Assembly: GCA_965261395.1 (NCBI GenBank)
Contig: OZ253462.1
Location: 1,600,001 to 1,664,000, forward strand
Length of the DNA: 64,000 nucleotides
Direction of reading: 5' to 3'
Origin: Candidatus Latescibacterota bacterium
GTDB lineage: Bacteria; Latescibacterota; UBA2968; UBA8231
In this document: positions 12,283 through 23,009 of the stretch, piece after piece
How the letters are laid out: each line of letters opens with the position of its first letter
Numbering within the stretch: the stretch's first letter is position 1
Translations under genes and position numbers: made by a program
Notes under the pieces: generated by a model
The model's input: only the letters and a program-made list of their open reading frames with translations
Databases searched by the model: none
Told to the model about the DNA's origin: nothing

Positions 12283-14271
12283 ATGAAACTAACGAAAGTC
12301 CGTATCACCGAGTTCCAGAGCATTCAGGATTCGACCGAATTTGAAATCGGCGATGTCACCTGTTTGGTTGGGAAGAACGAAGCGGGAAAGACCGCCCTTC
12401 TCAAGGCTCTGTACCGTTTGAATCCCATCGTCGAGGGAGAAGGGCACTTCGATACCACCGATGACTATCCCCGCCGCTCAGTAAATGACTACGAAGACGA
12501 TGTCGCGGCTGGAAATCGCGAGCCGGCCACAGTCGTCAAAGCTACATATAGGCTCGATCCCAACGATGTGCAGGCCGTCATTGAGGTCTTTGGGTCTGAA
12601 TGCGTCGAGAGCGACTCACCGCACCTGACTCTTAGCAAGGGGTATTCGAATGACATCCCGTACAGTGCTATCGAAGTCAACGCCGACGTTGCTCTGCGTC
12701 ACTTGGTAGAGACCTCCGGTCTCCCTATGCCGCTCGCTGAGGAGGTACAGAGTTCTTCCAAGATTGAAGAAATGGTGCAGAAGCTTGCTGATGCCGAGCA
12801 GACCGAAGCGGTGCAGTCTCTCACACCAAAGCTCCAGCAGATCTCTGAGCAGGGCGTTCCCCATTTTATCTACGACACGATCCTGCATGACCGCATTCCG
12901 AAATTCCTCTACTTCGACGAATACTATCGGATGAAGGGACAAGACAACCTCGACACGCTCAGGCAGCGCGTCTATAACAAGGCACTCGAGGGATCTGACC
13001 ACCCCCTACTCGGACTAATTGATCTGGCAGGACTTAAGCTGGACCAACTCGTTAATCCGGGTCGAACGGAGACGCTGATTGCACGCCTTGAGGCCGCCGA
13101 GAATCAACTTACTCAGAGGGTCTTGAGATACTGGTCGCAGAACCAACACCTCAGGATGAAGTTCGATATTCGGCCAGCCCAACCCGAGGATGGTCCGGGA
13201 ATGACCGCAGGTACAAATATCTGGGGGCGCGTCCAAGACACGAAGCACATGGTGACTACGCCACTTGGAACCAGATCTCGGGGTTTTGTCTGGTTCTTCT
13301 CGTTTCTTGCTTGGTATTCAAAGCTTAAGAAAGAGGGAGGACCTCTCATCCTACTTCTGGACGAACCGGGTTTATCCCTACACGCCAAGGCTCAGGGAGA
13401 CCTTCTGCACTATTTTGAAGAGGAGCTTAAGCCTCATCACCAACTCGTCTATACGACCCATTCACCGTTCATGGTAGACCCGACCCGCTTTGACCGCGTA
13501 CGCATCGTCCAAAATCTGAGCGTTGAGGCTGATTCGGACGACCTACCTGAGCAACAACAGGGGACCAAGGTCTTTACGGATGTCCTTGAGGCTATATCGG
13601 ATAGCCTCTTCCCACTCCAAGGTGCTCTTGGCTATGAGATCAACCAGACACTTTTTGTTGGCCCTAATAGTCTCGTGGTCGAAGGTGTGTCCGACTTACT
13701 CTATATACAGACTATGTCGGCTCTTCTTCAGGAGAAGGGGAAGGTTGGCCTGAACAGCGATTGGACCATTACGCCCGTTGGAGGTTCCGATAAAGTCCCG
13801 ACGTTCGTTGCTCTGATTGGCGCACAGACTAACCTGAACGTCGCTGTCTTTGTCGATTTCCAAAAGAAAGATCGACAAGGCATCGAGAATCTGTACAAGA
13901 AAAAGCTGCTCAACAAGAAGAACGTCATCACCTTCGCGGATTTTGTCGAGAACGACGAAGCGGACATCGAGGACATGTTCAATCCCGACTTCTATCTGAA
14001 GTTGGTGAACAAAGCATTTGGCTCCTCAGTTGCCTTGGCTAATCTGCCAACGGAGCAGCCTCGAATCATTCGTCGGATTGAGGGCTATCTGAAGAACAAC
14101 CCGTTTCCAAACGGCACGCCATTCAACCACTACCGTCCTGCTCGCTACTTCAGCGAAAATATTGGTTCGCTGGCGGCTGAGTTGAGTGAGCCCGAACTTG
14201 ATCGCTTTGAGCAGGCATTCAAGGTGCTGAATGCACTGTTGTCGGTGAGAACGGGCGATCCCCGAGATTGA
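12283..14271 (+). CDS. OLD-family ATP-dependent nuclease (ABC/AAA_15 ATPase + TOPRIM)
   Basis: VGKNEAGKT, SRGFVWF signature, LLLDEPGLSLH, TTHSPF, TOPRIM VVEGVSD, DIEDMF. Confidence 0.85.
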   Translation: MKLTKVRITEFQSIQDSTEFEIGDVTCLVGKNEAGKTALLKALYRLNPIVEGEGHFDTTDDYPRRSVNDYEDDVAAGNREPATVVKATYRLDPNDVQAVIEVFGSECVESDSPHLTLSKGYSNDIPYSAIEVNADVALRHLVETSGLPMPLAEEVQSSSKIEEMVQKLADAEQTEAVQSLTPKLQQISEQGVPHFIYDTILHDRIPKFLYFDEYYRMKGQDNLDTLRQRVYNKALEGSDHPLLGLIDLAGLKLDQLVNPGRTETLIARLEAAENQLTQRVLRYWSQNQHLRMKFDIRPAQPEDGPGMTAGTNIWGRVQDTKHMVTTPLGTRSRGFVWFFSFLAWYSKLKKEGGPLILLLDEPGLSLHAKAQGDLLHYFEEELKPHHQLVYTTHSPFMVDPTRFDRVRIVQNLSVEADSDDLPEQQQGTKVFTDVLEAISDSLFPLQGALGYEINQTLFVGPNSLVVEGVSDLLYIQTMSALLQEKGKVGLNSDWTITPVGGSDKVPTFVALIGAQTNLNVAVFVDFQKKDRQGIENLYKKKLLNKKNVITFADFVENDEADIEDMFNPDFYLKLVNKAFGSSVALANLPTEQPRIIRRIEGYLKNNPFPNGTPFNHYRPARYFSENIGSLAAELSEPELDRFEQAFKVLNALLSVRTGDPRD

Positions 14272-14401
14272 GGATGCCAACGACTGAGTGACCGTGAGCT
14301 TTCGATACGGCCAATTGGCGTTGCCCGTAATCCGAGCAAGAAGGATCGGGCGCTAGGATTGTCCCGTCACATGACGCTATTAAAATAAGAGAGCAGAAGC
14401 A

Positions 14402-14707
14402 ATGAACCCACAGGTATCAGTATCGAAGACCGCGCTGGCCGCCTTCTGTCAAGAGCACGGTATCAAGCGGCTCGCCATCTTTGGCTCAGCGCTGCGAGAG
14501 GACTTCGGACCAGAGAGCGATATAGATGTGCTTGTCGAGTTCGAACCAGATCGCATTCCCGGACTGCTCGGCGTTGCCGGCATGGAACTGGAGTTATCTA
14601 GGTTGTTCACGGGACGCACCGTGGATCTGCGGACACCCGAGGATCTGAGCCCTTACTTCCGGCAAGATGTTCTGGCCACGGCGGAAGTTCAATATGATCA
14701 AGCATGA
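14402..14707 (+). CDS. Minimal nucleotidyltransferase (MNT, MntA-type antitoxin)
   Basis: [22 protein letters not shown]...VDLRT. Confidence 0.9.
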   Translation: MNPQVSVSKTALAAFCQEHGIKRLAIFGSALREDFGPESDIDVLVEFEPDRIPGLLGVAGMELELSRLFTGRTVDLRTPEDLSPYFRQDVLATAEVQYDQA

Positions 14708-14741
14708 CGAAATCCGCTTACGCCACCTGAATCATGACTGA
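14694..14741 (+). pseudogene. Remnant N-terminus of a HEPN/DUF86 toxin
   Basis: Overlaps the MNT 3' end; reads [15 protein letters not shown]-stop, resembling the DxxRLRHML start of DUF86 proteins. Confidence 0.55.
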
Positions 14742-14775
14742 ACCCAAATGAAGCTGCTATTTAAGGAGTAGGACT

Positions 14776-16458
14776 ATGTCTCTCGCTACGCAAATCATTG
14801 ACCAACAGGTGTCCGGCATCATCGCGAAACACTCGGACACCTTTGCCAACGAGCTTCGGCTGGGCACCGACGAACAGAAGAGGCGTTCGATAGCATTTTT
14901 ATTTCTCGTCGCGAAAACGGCGTTCGACCTCACCGACGAGGAGACGCTCGACGGGGTTGTCGATGGCGGCAACGATTTCGGGGTCGATGCGCTCTACTTT
15001 GAACCGCCTGTCGATGGGGATCTTCACATCACCCTGATACAGGGAAAATACAGAAGGGACCTCGGTGGAGACGCGGCATTCCCCGAAAACGCAATCGCCA
15101 AGATAATCGATGCAATCGGCGCACTCTTCGACCCGGCAAAACCAGTGAGGTTGAATAAGCGGCTGGACCAGCGGGTCGAAGACATACGTTCGTTTGTTGC
15201 AGAAGGCGCGATTCCACGAGTGACCGCAGTCGCCGCGAACAACGGAGCACGCTGGACGGCGGAAGCGCAGCAACGGATCGACAATGCCGCGCAGGATTTC
15301 GCAGGGCAGGTCGAATGGCGTTACATCGGGGCCGAGGAGCTCCTTGCTCTGGTACAGGCGCGGAAACCGATCAGCGCCGAGTTGCAGTTTACCGGGCACG
15401 CGACAGTCGAGACCTTCGACTTTCGGCGCGTACTGATAGGGCGCATGTCGGTCGCCGAGCTCGCACGTCTGACCAACGAGTACGATAATCAGCTATTCGA
15501 AAGGAATATCCGCCGCTATCTGGGTCTCACGGGCAACCGCGTAAACGAAGCCGTCGCGGCCACCCTGCGCGAGCCGGATCAGCGCCCGAATTTCTATTTC
15601 TATAATAATGGCGTCACAATCACTTGCTCCCAGTTCCGCCACAATGCACTCCAGAGGGATAGCTGGCGGGTGCAAGTGAATGACCTGCAGATCGTCAACG
15701 GCGGGCAGACGGCGCGCACCGTTCAGCAGATCGCTAGGGAAATCGGTCCAGAGATTGAAGAGGCAGAGGTGCTTGTCCGTATATATGAACTCCAGCAGGA
15801 CGACAACGAGCTAGTCGAGGCGATTACATTCGCCACGAACAGCCAGAACCCGGTCGATCTAAGGGATCTGAAAGCGAACGAGCCGCACCAAGAAGCCCTG
15901 AGCACGTCGATTTCCGGGTTGGGATATGCATACCGAGCCAAGCGCGAAGACCGAGCCGTATCACCCAATGAATTTACGAGTGCCGTAATCGCCGAAGCCG
16001 TCTTGGCGATCTGGCGTCACCGGCCGCATCAGGCGAGATTCAGCAGCCGAGAACATTTTGGTGCGCTGTACAACACGATCTTCACGGAAGACCTAAACGG
16101 TGCGCAAGCGATCATTGCCGCCCTGTTACTCAGGCATGCGGAAAACCGCCGCAAGAGGCCTCCGAAAGATGCTCCCGATTTCCTTGCTTATGGTTCCCGT
16201 TTCATCGCCATGCTGATGGGCCGCTATCTTCTGGAAGAAATGGACATTACGCTGGACAAACTCGACCACCGCAACTTCGGGCAGGCGTGGAAACTAGTCG
16301 AACAAAAGTCGGACAGTTATTTATCTCTCGCCGAGAAAAGGATCGGAGAGGCGCTCAGTCCGTTGTTTAGCGAGAGAGAGCGGACGCTGCAACGACTGTC
16401 AGCGACCTTCCGTCGAGCCGACCTTGTCGACATGCTCCTAGATGCCGGCGATGCGTAA
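14776..16458 (+). CDS. AIPR family protein
   Basis: DGGNDFGVDALY...IQGKY nuclease-like N-terminus; LFERNIRRYLG, FYFYNNGVT, QIVNGGQT, ATNSQNPV, DLKAN. Confidence 0.93.
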   Translation: MSLATQIIDQQVSGIIAKHSDTFANELRLGTDEQKRRSIAFLFLVAKTAFDLTDEETLDGVVDGGNDFGVDALYFEPPVDGDLHITLIQGKYRRDLGGDAAFPENAIAKIIDAIGALFDPAKPVRLNKRLDQRVEDIRSFVAEGAIPRVTAVAANNGARWTAEAQQRIDNAAQDFAGQVEWRYIGAEELLALVQARKPISAELQFTGHATVETFDFRRVLIGRMSVAELARLTNEYDNQLFERNIRRYLGLTGNRVNEAVAATLREPDQRPNFYFYNNGVTITCSQFRHNALQRDSWRVQVNDLQIVNGGQTARTVQQIAREIGPEIEEAEVLVRIYELQQDDNELVEAITFATNSQNPVDLRDLKANEPHQEALSTSISGLGYAYRAKREDRAVSPNEFTSAVIAEAVLAIWRHRPHQARFSSREHFGALYNTIFTEDLNGAQAIIAALLLRHAENRRKRPPKDAPDFLAYGSRFIAMLMGRYLLEEMDITLDKLDHRNFGQAWKLVEQKSDSYLSLAEKRIGEALSPLFSERERTLQRLSATFRRADLVDMLLDAGDA

Positions 16459-16652
16459 CGAGTTCAGAATTATTAGCGCCGGAACGAAGTACGAACATCT
16501 GTGGGTGGATAGATCAAGCACCGTCCGCGCATTGGACAACGGGCGTCCGTCATATCCGACCTCCAAATCACCGCATAGTCCGCCATGTCGAGAAGATCGG
16601 CTGCTAGACACGGATTCCGCCCGAGGACGCACTGCACACACACCACCAGCAC

Positions 16653-17879
16653 GTCAGCGAGCACACCATCGAAGAGCTGAGCGGCGAACTCCAGAGGATT
16701 GACCCACCGGCGTTTCCGGCGGTAGAACGGGTTCAGATCGCGGCGAACCGCGAAGTGCTAGTGATCGGAGTGAGTCCGGGACCGGTGAGGCCGTACACCT
16801 ATCGAGGTGCCGCCTACCGCCGTGTCGGGAATACCACTCTGGCCATGACCGCCGACGAGTACAACCGGATGCTGTTCGAGCGCATGCACAGCGAACAACG
16901 CTGGGAGAACCAGCCAGCCACCGGGTGGTCGGTCGATGACCTCGATGTGGGAGAGATTCGACGGACTGTCACGATAGCCGTCTAGGAGGGCCGACTGGAG
17001 GAGCCCATAAGTAGGGAGCCGTTCGACCTGCTGCGCGGACTTGGACTTCTACGCGACGGCGTTTTACTTCGGGCGGCGGCGGTGCTGTTCGGCAACGTAG
17101 ATCGCCTCGAATTCGATATGCCGCAGTGCCTGCTTCGCGTCGCTCGTTTCCGAGGTGTCGACAAGATGAGGTTTTTGGACAACCGCCAATTCAACGGCAA
17201 CGCCTTCGCACTGCTCGCGCACGCGGAGCGTTTCCTGCGCGACACCCTGCCCATCGCCGGTCGATTCGAGCAAGACCGCTTCGAGCGGATTGACGAACCG
17301 CTCTATCCGCCTCTGGCGACGCGAGAAGCGCTGGCCAACGCCCTGTGCCATCGCGACTACTCCATCGGCGGCGGCTCCATTGGCGTAGCGGTTTACGATG
17401 ACCGTCTGGAGGTGACCTCTGCTGGCTCACTGCACTTTGGCCTGACGCCAGAGGAGCTGTTCGCCCCGCACGAATCGCGGCCGTGGAATCCGTTGATCGC
17501 TCGCACCTTTTACCGACGCGGCGTCATCGAGAAGTGGGGGAGTGGGACCCTCAAGATGGCTGAACTGACAAGTAGCGCAGGCCTTCCAATCCCGGAGATA
17601 GAAGATGCCAGTGGGTGTGTCACGGTGCGCTTTCGACACGGCCAATTCGTGCCACTTAGAGGGAACATGAGCGAACGACAGGAGGCAATCATCGCTCTGC
17701 TAGATCGTGTGAACGATGGATTGACGCTACGCGAAATCCAAGCGCGACTGGCTCCTGCCGTCAGCGAACGCCAAGTGCGAAGGGCGCTGGAGGGATTGAG
17801 AGACCGAGGGTTGGTGTCGGCAGGTCTCGGCCCATCGGCTCTCTGGAAGCGCACTAAAAATAGGGGGTACCGAGCATGA
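16653..17879 (+). pseudogene. AlbA_2/Schlafen-type + HATPase_c_4 (RecG-C-like) + wHTH regulator, 5'-truncated with an in-frame TAG
   Basis: ORFs 16755-16985 and 17082-17879 share one frame, split by TAG at 16983-16985. Motifs AYRRVGNTT, REALANALCHRDY, DRLEVTSAG, PWNPLIA, EKWGSG. Confidence 0.8.
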
Positions 17880-17899
17880 CGACTCATAAAAGCCCAGAG

Positions 17900-17949
17900 G
17901 CGCGATGGGCGTGATAGGAGCGTGATGGGGGCGTGATGGGGGCGCGATT
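17900..17949 (+). repeat. Five short direct repeats gcg(c/t)gat at roughly 9-11 bp spacing
   Basis: gcgcgatgg gcgtgatagga gcgtgatgggg gcgtgatgggg gcgcgatt. Confidence 0.7.
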
Positions 17950-18012
17950 ATGCCTCATTCGTACCGGAGGCCGACCCTTTCATCCAAGGGCTTCCAGCGA
18001 CAAGATCAGGTC

Positions 18013-20949
18013 ATGACTGAATTCAACATCACCGAAGCTGGCTCCGTCCAGTTCCCCATGGTCCGCCACGCGGCCGAAATCGGCTGGACACCCATCCCGC
18101 CCGATAGCTCCCTGCAAAAGCGCGGCGGCGAAGCCGGGATGCTGTTCCGCGATGAGCTTGAAGGAGCACTCGGGCGATTCAATCCTTGGATGACAGACGA
18201 TTCCATCCGCGCCGTCGTCGAACGACTTGAAGCGATCCCACCGACGATTGAGGGCAACCGCGAGATGCTCGCTTGGCTGCGCGGAGAGCGGCAGTGGTAC
18301 GACGAGGCCGAAAAGCGATCCAGACCCGTCCAGCTCATCGACTTCGATGCGTCCAGCAACAACATTTTTCACGTCACTTGGGAATGGAAGCTCAAGCCGC
18401 CAGCGCGCAAGGGCAACCGTGCGGACGTGATGTTCGTCGTCAACGGCGTGCCGGTCGCTATCGTCGAGCATAAGCACCCAAAAGACGCCGACGCTATCGA
18501 GCGGGGCGTCACTCAATTGAAACGCTACGAGAAGGAAACGCCAGAGCTGATGGGGACGGCGCAGTTCTTCAACGTTACTCACCTTCTCGACTATTGGTAT
18601 GGCGTCACTTGGAACATAGCGCGCCGGTCCATGGCGCGTTGGAAGGAGCGGCCGGAAGAAAGCTACCGCTTCGCCGTCCAGTCGTTTTTCGAGCCGACCG
18701 ATTTCCTGCGCACACTGCGCGATTGGATCCTGTTCTACGTTGAAGACGGCGAGACGCAAAAGTCCGTGCTGCGCCAGCACCAACGCCGAGCCGTGGACCG
18801 CATCGTCGAGCGCTGCGCCGAGCCGACGAAACAGCGCGGACTCATCTGGCATACCCAAGGCTCCGGCAAGACCTTCACCCTGCTCACGGCCGCTCGGCTG
18901 ATCTTGGAACGCAAGGATGAATTCCGCACGCCGACGGTGGTAGTGGTCGTGGACCGAACGGAACTCGAAGGGCAACTCAAGGGTTGGGTCGAGCGGCTAC
19001 TCGGCGAGATGCAGCAGCAGGACATCGCAGTATGGCGAGCAGACTCCAAGGCAGAGCTACGGGATATGCTCAAAACCGACAAGCGCGGCCTGATCCTATC
19101 CATGATCCACAAGTTCGAGGGGCTGGAGCAAGACGCCAATACTCGCGACACTGTGTACGTATTCATCGACGAGGCACACCGCTCAGTCGCCAAGGAACTG
19201 GGCACCTATCTGATGGCAGCCGTGCCCAACGCGACAATCATCGGCTTCACCGGTACGCCGATTGACCAGACCGCGTATGGGAAAGGTACCTTCAAGATAT
19301 TCGGAGTCGATGACGAACTGGGCTATCTCGACAAGTACCCCATCGCCGAGTCGATTAAAGACGAGACGACGCTACCGATCCGCCACACCATGGCCCCGAG
19401 CGAGATGACGGTACCGGCAAAGCGGCTCGACCAGGAATTTTTCGCCCTCGCTGAAATGGACGGCGTTACCGACGTCGACGAACTTAACAAGGTCCTCGAC
19501 CGAACTATCGGCCTGCGCACCTTCCTCACTGCCGACGACCGCATCGAGAAGGTCGCCGCGTTTGTCGCCAAACATTTTCGCGAGAACGTGGCACCGCTCC
19601 ATTACAAGGCGTTCCTCGTCGGCGTGAACCGCGAAGCCTGTGCCAAGTACAAGCGGGCGCTCGACAAGCTGCTGCCCCCCGAATGGACTGCGCCGGTCTA
19701 TACCGAGAATGCCGCCGACATCGTCAACCGCCCGCTCGTGGCGGAGTACCAGCTTTCGCCGGACCTCGAGGCAGATACGCGCCTGATGTTCAAGAAAGCG
19801 GATGCGAATCCGAAGATCCTCATCGTCACCGACAAACTACTCACAGGCTACGACGCGCCGCTCCTCTACTGCCTGTATCTCGACAAGCCCATGCGCGACC
19901 ACGTGCTCCTGCAAGCCATCGCGCGCGTGAACCGCCCTTACGGCACAAATAAAAAAATCGGCCTCGTGGTCGATTTTGTGGGCGTACTGCGCGAATTAAA
20001 AAAGGCGTTGCAGTTCGACTCATCCGATGTCAGTGGCGCAATTGAGGACCTCGATCTCCTGCTGAGAGACTTGCTCGACAAGCTCGGACGAGCGGAAGCT
20101 ACCTACCTCGCCGATGGGGAAAACGGTGGCGCAGATGAACAACTGGAGAAGCTCGTCTATGGGCGTTTTCTAGCACCAGAGCAGCGCAAGGAGTTCTTTG
20201 AAGCCTACAAGGAGATCGAAGCACTTTGGGAGATCCTGTCACCTTCGCCAGAGTTGCGCGACTACATCGAAACCTTCAGGCGGCTGGCGCGACTCTACGA
20301 GACCGTGTGCAACGCCTATGCCAAGGGCACCAACTACACGGCGGACTTGGCTAACAAAACGCGGTTTCTGGTACAAGAAAATGCTACTCAAGAAGGGCTC
20401 GGCCGTCTGACGAAGACCGTGACGTTTGACGTATCCACCCTTAAAACGCTGCAAAGCGAGCCGGGCTTGGAGGAGGCCAAGGTGTTCAACCTCGTACGCG
20501 GACTCCGGCAGGAAATCGAGAGCAACCCAGACAAAGAGTCCGTGCTGCTGCCCTTAAAGGAACGCGCCGAAAGCATCCTGAAGGAACTGGAAAATCGCAA
20601 GACGACTGCGCTAGCGGCCATGGATCGGCTAGCTGATCTTGCCGCGGAGAAGGATGCAGCCAGCCGGGCCGAACGGGATAGCGGGCTATCGTCGCGCGCG
20701 TTCGCCGTCCATTGGGCACTGAAGGACGACGCCAAGCTGAAGATCGCTGGCATCAATACTTTGGAGTTGGCACAACGAGCGGAAACGCTTCTCGACCGTT
20801 TCCCCAACGCGGCTGTCAACGCCGATGAACAACGACGGCTGCGCACGGCCCTCTATGTTCCGTTGCTGCGACTGCAAAGAGACGAACGGAGCCGCGTCGT
20901 AGAGCGCATCCTCGGCATTTTGGGAGCAAGCATCGATGCGGACGCCTGA
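18013..20949 (+). CDS. hsdR: Type I R-M restriction subunit
   Basis: [19 protein letters not shown] nuclease motif, [36 protein letters not shown]; start MTEFNITE chosen over 17950. Confidence 0.93.
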   Translation: MTEFNITEAGSVQFPMVRHAAEIGWTPIPPDSSLQKRGGEAGMLFRDELEGALGRFNPWMTDDSIRAVVERLEAIPPTIEGNREMLAWLRGERQWYDEAEKRSRPVQLIDFDASSNNIFHVTWEWKLKPPARKGNRADVMFVVNGVPVAIVEHKHPKDADAIERGVTQLKRYEKETPELMGTAQFFNVTHLLDYWYGVTWNIARRSMARWKERPEESYRFAVQSFFEPTDFLRTLRDWILFYVEDGETQKSVLRQHQRRAVDRIVERCAEPTKQRGLIWHTQGSGKTFTLLTAARLILERKDEFRTPTVVVVVDRTELEGQLKGWVERLLGEMQQQDIAVWRADSKAELRDMLKTDKRGLILSMIHKFEGLEQDANTRDTVYVFIDEAHRSVAKELGTYLMAAVPNATIIGFTGTPIDQTAYGKGTFKIFGVDDELGYLDKYPIAESIKDETTLPIRHTMAPSEMTVPAKRLDQEFFALAEMDGVTDVDELNKVLDRTIGLRTFLTADDRIEKVAAFVAKHFRENVAPLHYKAFLVGVNREACAKYKRALDKLLPPEWTAPVYTENAADIVNRPLVAEYQLSPDLEADTRLMFKKADANPKILIVTDKLLTGYDAPLLYCLYLDKPMRDHVLLQAIARVNRPYGTNKKIGLVVDFVGVLRELKKALQFDSSDVSGAIEDLDLLLRDLLDKLGRAEATYLADGENGGADEQLEKLVYGRFLAPEQRKEFFEAYKEIEALWEILSPSPELRDYIETFRRLARLYETVCNAYAKGTNYTADLANKTRFLVQENATQEGLGRLTKTVTFDVSTLKTLQSEPGLEEAKVFNLVRGLRQEIESNPDKESVLLPLKERAESILKELENRKTTALAAMDRLADLAAEKDAASRAERDSGLSSRAFAVHWALKDDAKLKIAGINTLELAQRAETLLDRFPNAAVNADEQRRLRTALYVPLLRLQRDERSRVVERILGILGASIDADA

Positions 20950-21295
20950 CGAACGACGCAAGGTCATGCGCGAGCGCGTCGCATCTTGGGCGCAGCGGCT
21001 GAACGTCCAGCCGCGACAGGTGCGCGTGCAGTGCATGACGCGCAAGTGGGGCTCGTGTTCGACCGCAGGTGTCGTCACCCTCGCCGCTGACCTCTCTGAT
21101 CAGGACTTAGGCTTTCAAGATTTCGTCATTGTCCACGAGTTGCTACACCTACGCGTGCCCAACCACGGCAAGCTCTTCAAAGCTTTGCTAACGGCTCACG
21201 TGCCCGCTTGGCAAACCTACGACACAGCACGCGCCCCTCAGCTCACCAACGCCAAACGGCCCACCGCGCCAAACGAATCCGCCGCCAAGCGATAG
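20936..21295 (+). CDS. Short YgjP/M48-like (DUF45) zinc metalloprotein
   Basis: KWGSCS and [16 protein letters not shown]; usual position after hsdR. Confidence 0.85.
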   Translation: MRTPDERRKVMRERVASWAQRLNVQPRQVRVQCMTRKWGSCSTAGVVTLAADLSDQDLGFQDFVIVHELLHLRVPNHGKLFKALLTAHVPAWQTYDTARAPQLTNAKRPTAPNESAAKR

Positions 21296-21461
21296 AAGTA
21301 AATCCCCGAGGCCACCACGCGCCCGCCTCTGTCGCGTCCGTCACACCGACGTTCCGCTCCAGGCAAAAAAACAAGCCCACTGTCGCCGGCTTATTGACTT
21401 TTTTCAAACATCCACGTTCTTTGATTTTGTTCCCCTTTTACTAACAGGAAAAGGTCTTATT

Positions 21462-21734
21462 ATGACGACGACTAACTCTAAAAAACGCAAACTTTTCAAA
21501 CTCTTAGCCCCGCAGGCGGAAAGCGTTTACCTAGCCGCCTCCTTCAACGATTGGGACCCACAGGCCCGCCCGCTAAAAAAAGACGCCGAGGGTCTGTGGA
21601 AAACTTCGGTCACTCTGCCTCTGGGTAAGCACGAATACCGCTTTGTGGTCGATGGCGAATGGCACAATGATCCGCAGTGTCTGGAGCACCTCCCCAATCC
21701 CTTCGGCACGACCAACTGCATTTTGCACACCTGA
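21462..21734 (+). CDS. Stand-alone glycogen-binding CBM48/isoamylase early-set domain protein
   Basis: VYLAASFNDW, GLWK, YRFVVDGEWHNDP, NPFGTTN. Confidence 0.88.
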   Translation: MTTTNSKKRKLFKLLAPQAESVYLAASFNDWDPQARPLKKDAEGLWKTSVTLPLGKHEYRFVVDGEWHNDPQCLEHLPNPFGTTNCILHT

Positions 21735-21822
21735 TTCACCGCGCCTAAAGGCGTGACAATTCCTCTGCATCTCGACGGAAACGGCACGGGCCTCCCCTCG
21801 CCGTGCCACGCGCAGGCTTGGC

Positions 21823-22653
21823 TTATTCGCCGTCGCGAGGCCGGTATTCGCCGCGGGCGTTCCAGCCGGGATACTGCTCTTCCAAGGCGGCGAGTGTCTG
21901 GCGGGTGTAGTAGGGGTGATCGGGCGGTGGGAAGCGAAAAAGCTGGCGATCAGCGGCAGTGGGGCCGGCGATAAACTCGCAAAAGTGCGGGTCGCGGCCC
22001 ACGTGGGTGTAGTGCCCAACGCCTTCCCAATAGTGGTCGGCACGACCATAGGCGAATTTCCAGATATAGCGCTGGCCGTCGGCGCGCCGATAGTCGCTGG
22101 CGGCGTGCCACGAGTAGTTGTGGAAGATGGCTACTGAGCCGCCAGGAGCGACCATCGGCTCGGCTTTGGTCGGGTCCTGGTGCTGGCCGTCGCCGTCGGC
22201 GACGAAGAGGGTCGGGGCCTGATCCTCCTCTACATCTTCGAGGCAGAACCAGAAGTTGAGCTGGCTGTGACGACGGTCGGATGTGGTAGGCGGCAGCAGC
22301 GAGTTATTGCCATTGTCGATGTGGAACGGCCTACCCTTGCGGCCCGGATAGGAGACCAGACCCAGTCCGGGCCGGTAGTGAATTTGGTCAGTGCCGAGCC
22401 AGCGTCGGGCAAAGGCGATGGCTTCGCGATCGACGATGGCGCGGTTGAGGCATTGCTCAGGATAGGGGAAATAGTAGGAGTCGATGCGCTCGTCGGGCGG
22501 ATCGTCCGCGACTTCGTCCCAAGGCTTGAGAATGCGACGGAGGGCGGCGGCCATTGCGGCGCGTTGGGCTTCGGGGAGATAGCTGTGGACGATGACGTAG
22601 CCGCGTGTGGCAAGCGCGTTGAATACTTCGTCGTTTAGTCTTTGCTCCTGCAT
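21823..22653 (-). CDS. Phytanoyl-CoA dioxygenase (PhyH) family Fe(II)/2OG enzyme
   Basis: GYVIV, FHID, FCLEDV, WHAAS...R; start MQEQRL chosen so it does not overlap the upstream gene. Confidence 0.8.
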   Translation of the reverse strand: MQEQRLNDEVFNALATRGYVIVHSYLPEAQRAAMAAALRRILKPWDEVADDPPDERIDSYYFPYPEQCLNRAIVDREAIAFARRWLGTDQIHYRPGLGLVSYPGRKGRPFHIDNGNNSLLPPTTSDRRHSQLNFWFCLEDVEEDQAPTLFVADGDGQHQDPTKAEPMVAPGGSVAIFHNYSWHAASDYRRADGQRYIWKFAYGRADHYWEGVGHYTHVGRDPHFCEFIAGPTAADRQLFRFPPPDHPYYTRQTLAALEEQYPGWNARGEYRPRDGE

Positions 22654-22664
22654 GATGGGTTCCT

Positions 22665-22979
22665 TTAGGCGACGTATCTCTGGATGCCGACGATGAGTGC
22701 GATGCTCAGGGCCGAGATCAGCGCGACACCGACGAGCGTGATGGTCAGAGTCTCGCCTATAAACAGGTAGATCCCCAAGCCCATTAGAGCGATCACCACT
22801 CCTATAAAGAAGAGCATCAGCCCCACCCAATGGGCCAACCCGTCCTTGTCGGCGACCCGGTCCGAGTTGAGACCGGAGATCAGACCGACGTGTTTCTTAA
22901 CCCCGATCAGATAGGCGATGACATAGAGCGGCAGGGCGGAAAGCAGCATGACGAGGAAGATAAATACGCCGGAGTCCAT
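22665..22979 (-). CDS. Small membrane protein (DUF3784-like)
   Basis: Three hydrophobic segments, LISGLN motif, AAAGG RBS. Confidence 0.65.
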   Translation of the reverse strand: MDSGVFIFLVMLLSALPLYVIAYLIGVKKHVGLISGLNSDRVADKDGLAHWVGLMLFFIGVVIALMGLGIYLFIGETLTITLVGVALISALSIALIVGIQRYVA

Positions 22980-23009
22980 CTGAGATATCCTTTCATGGGT
23001 TGGGAGTCG

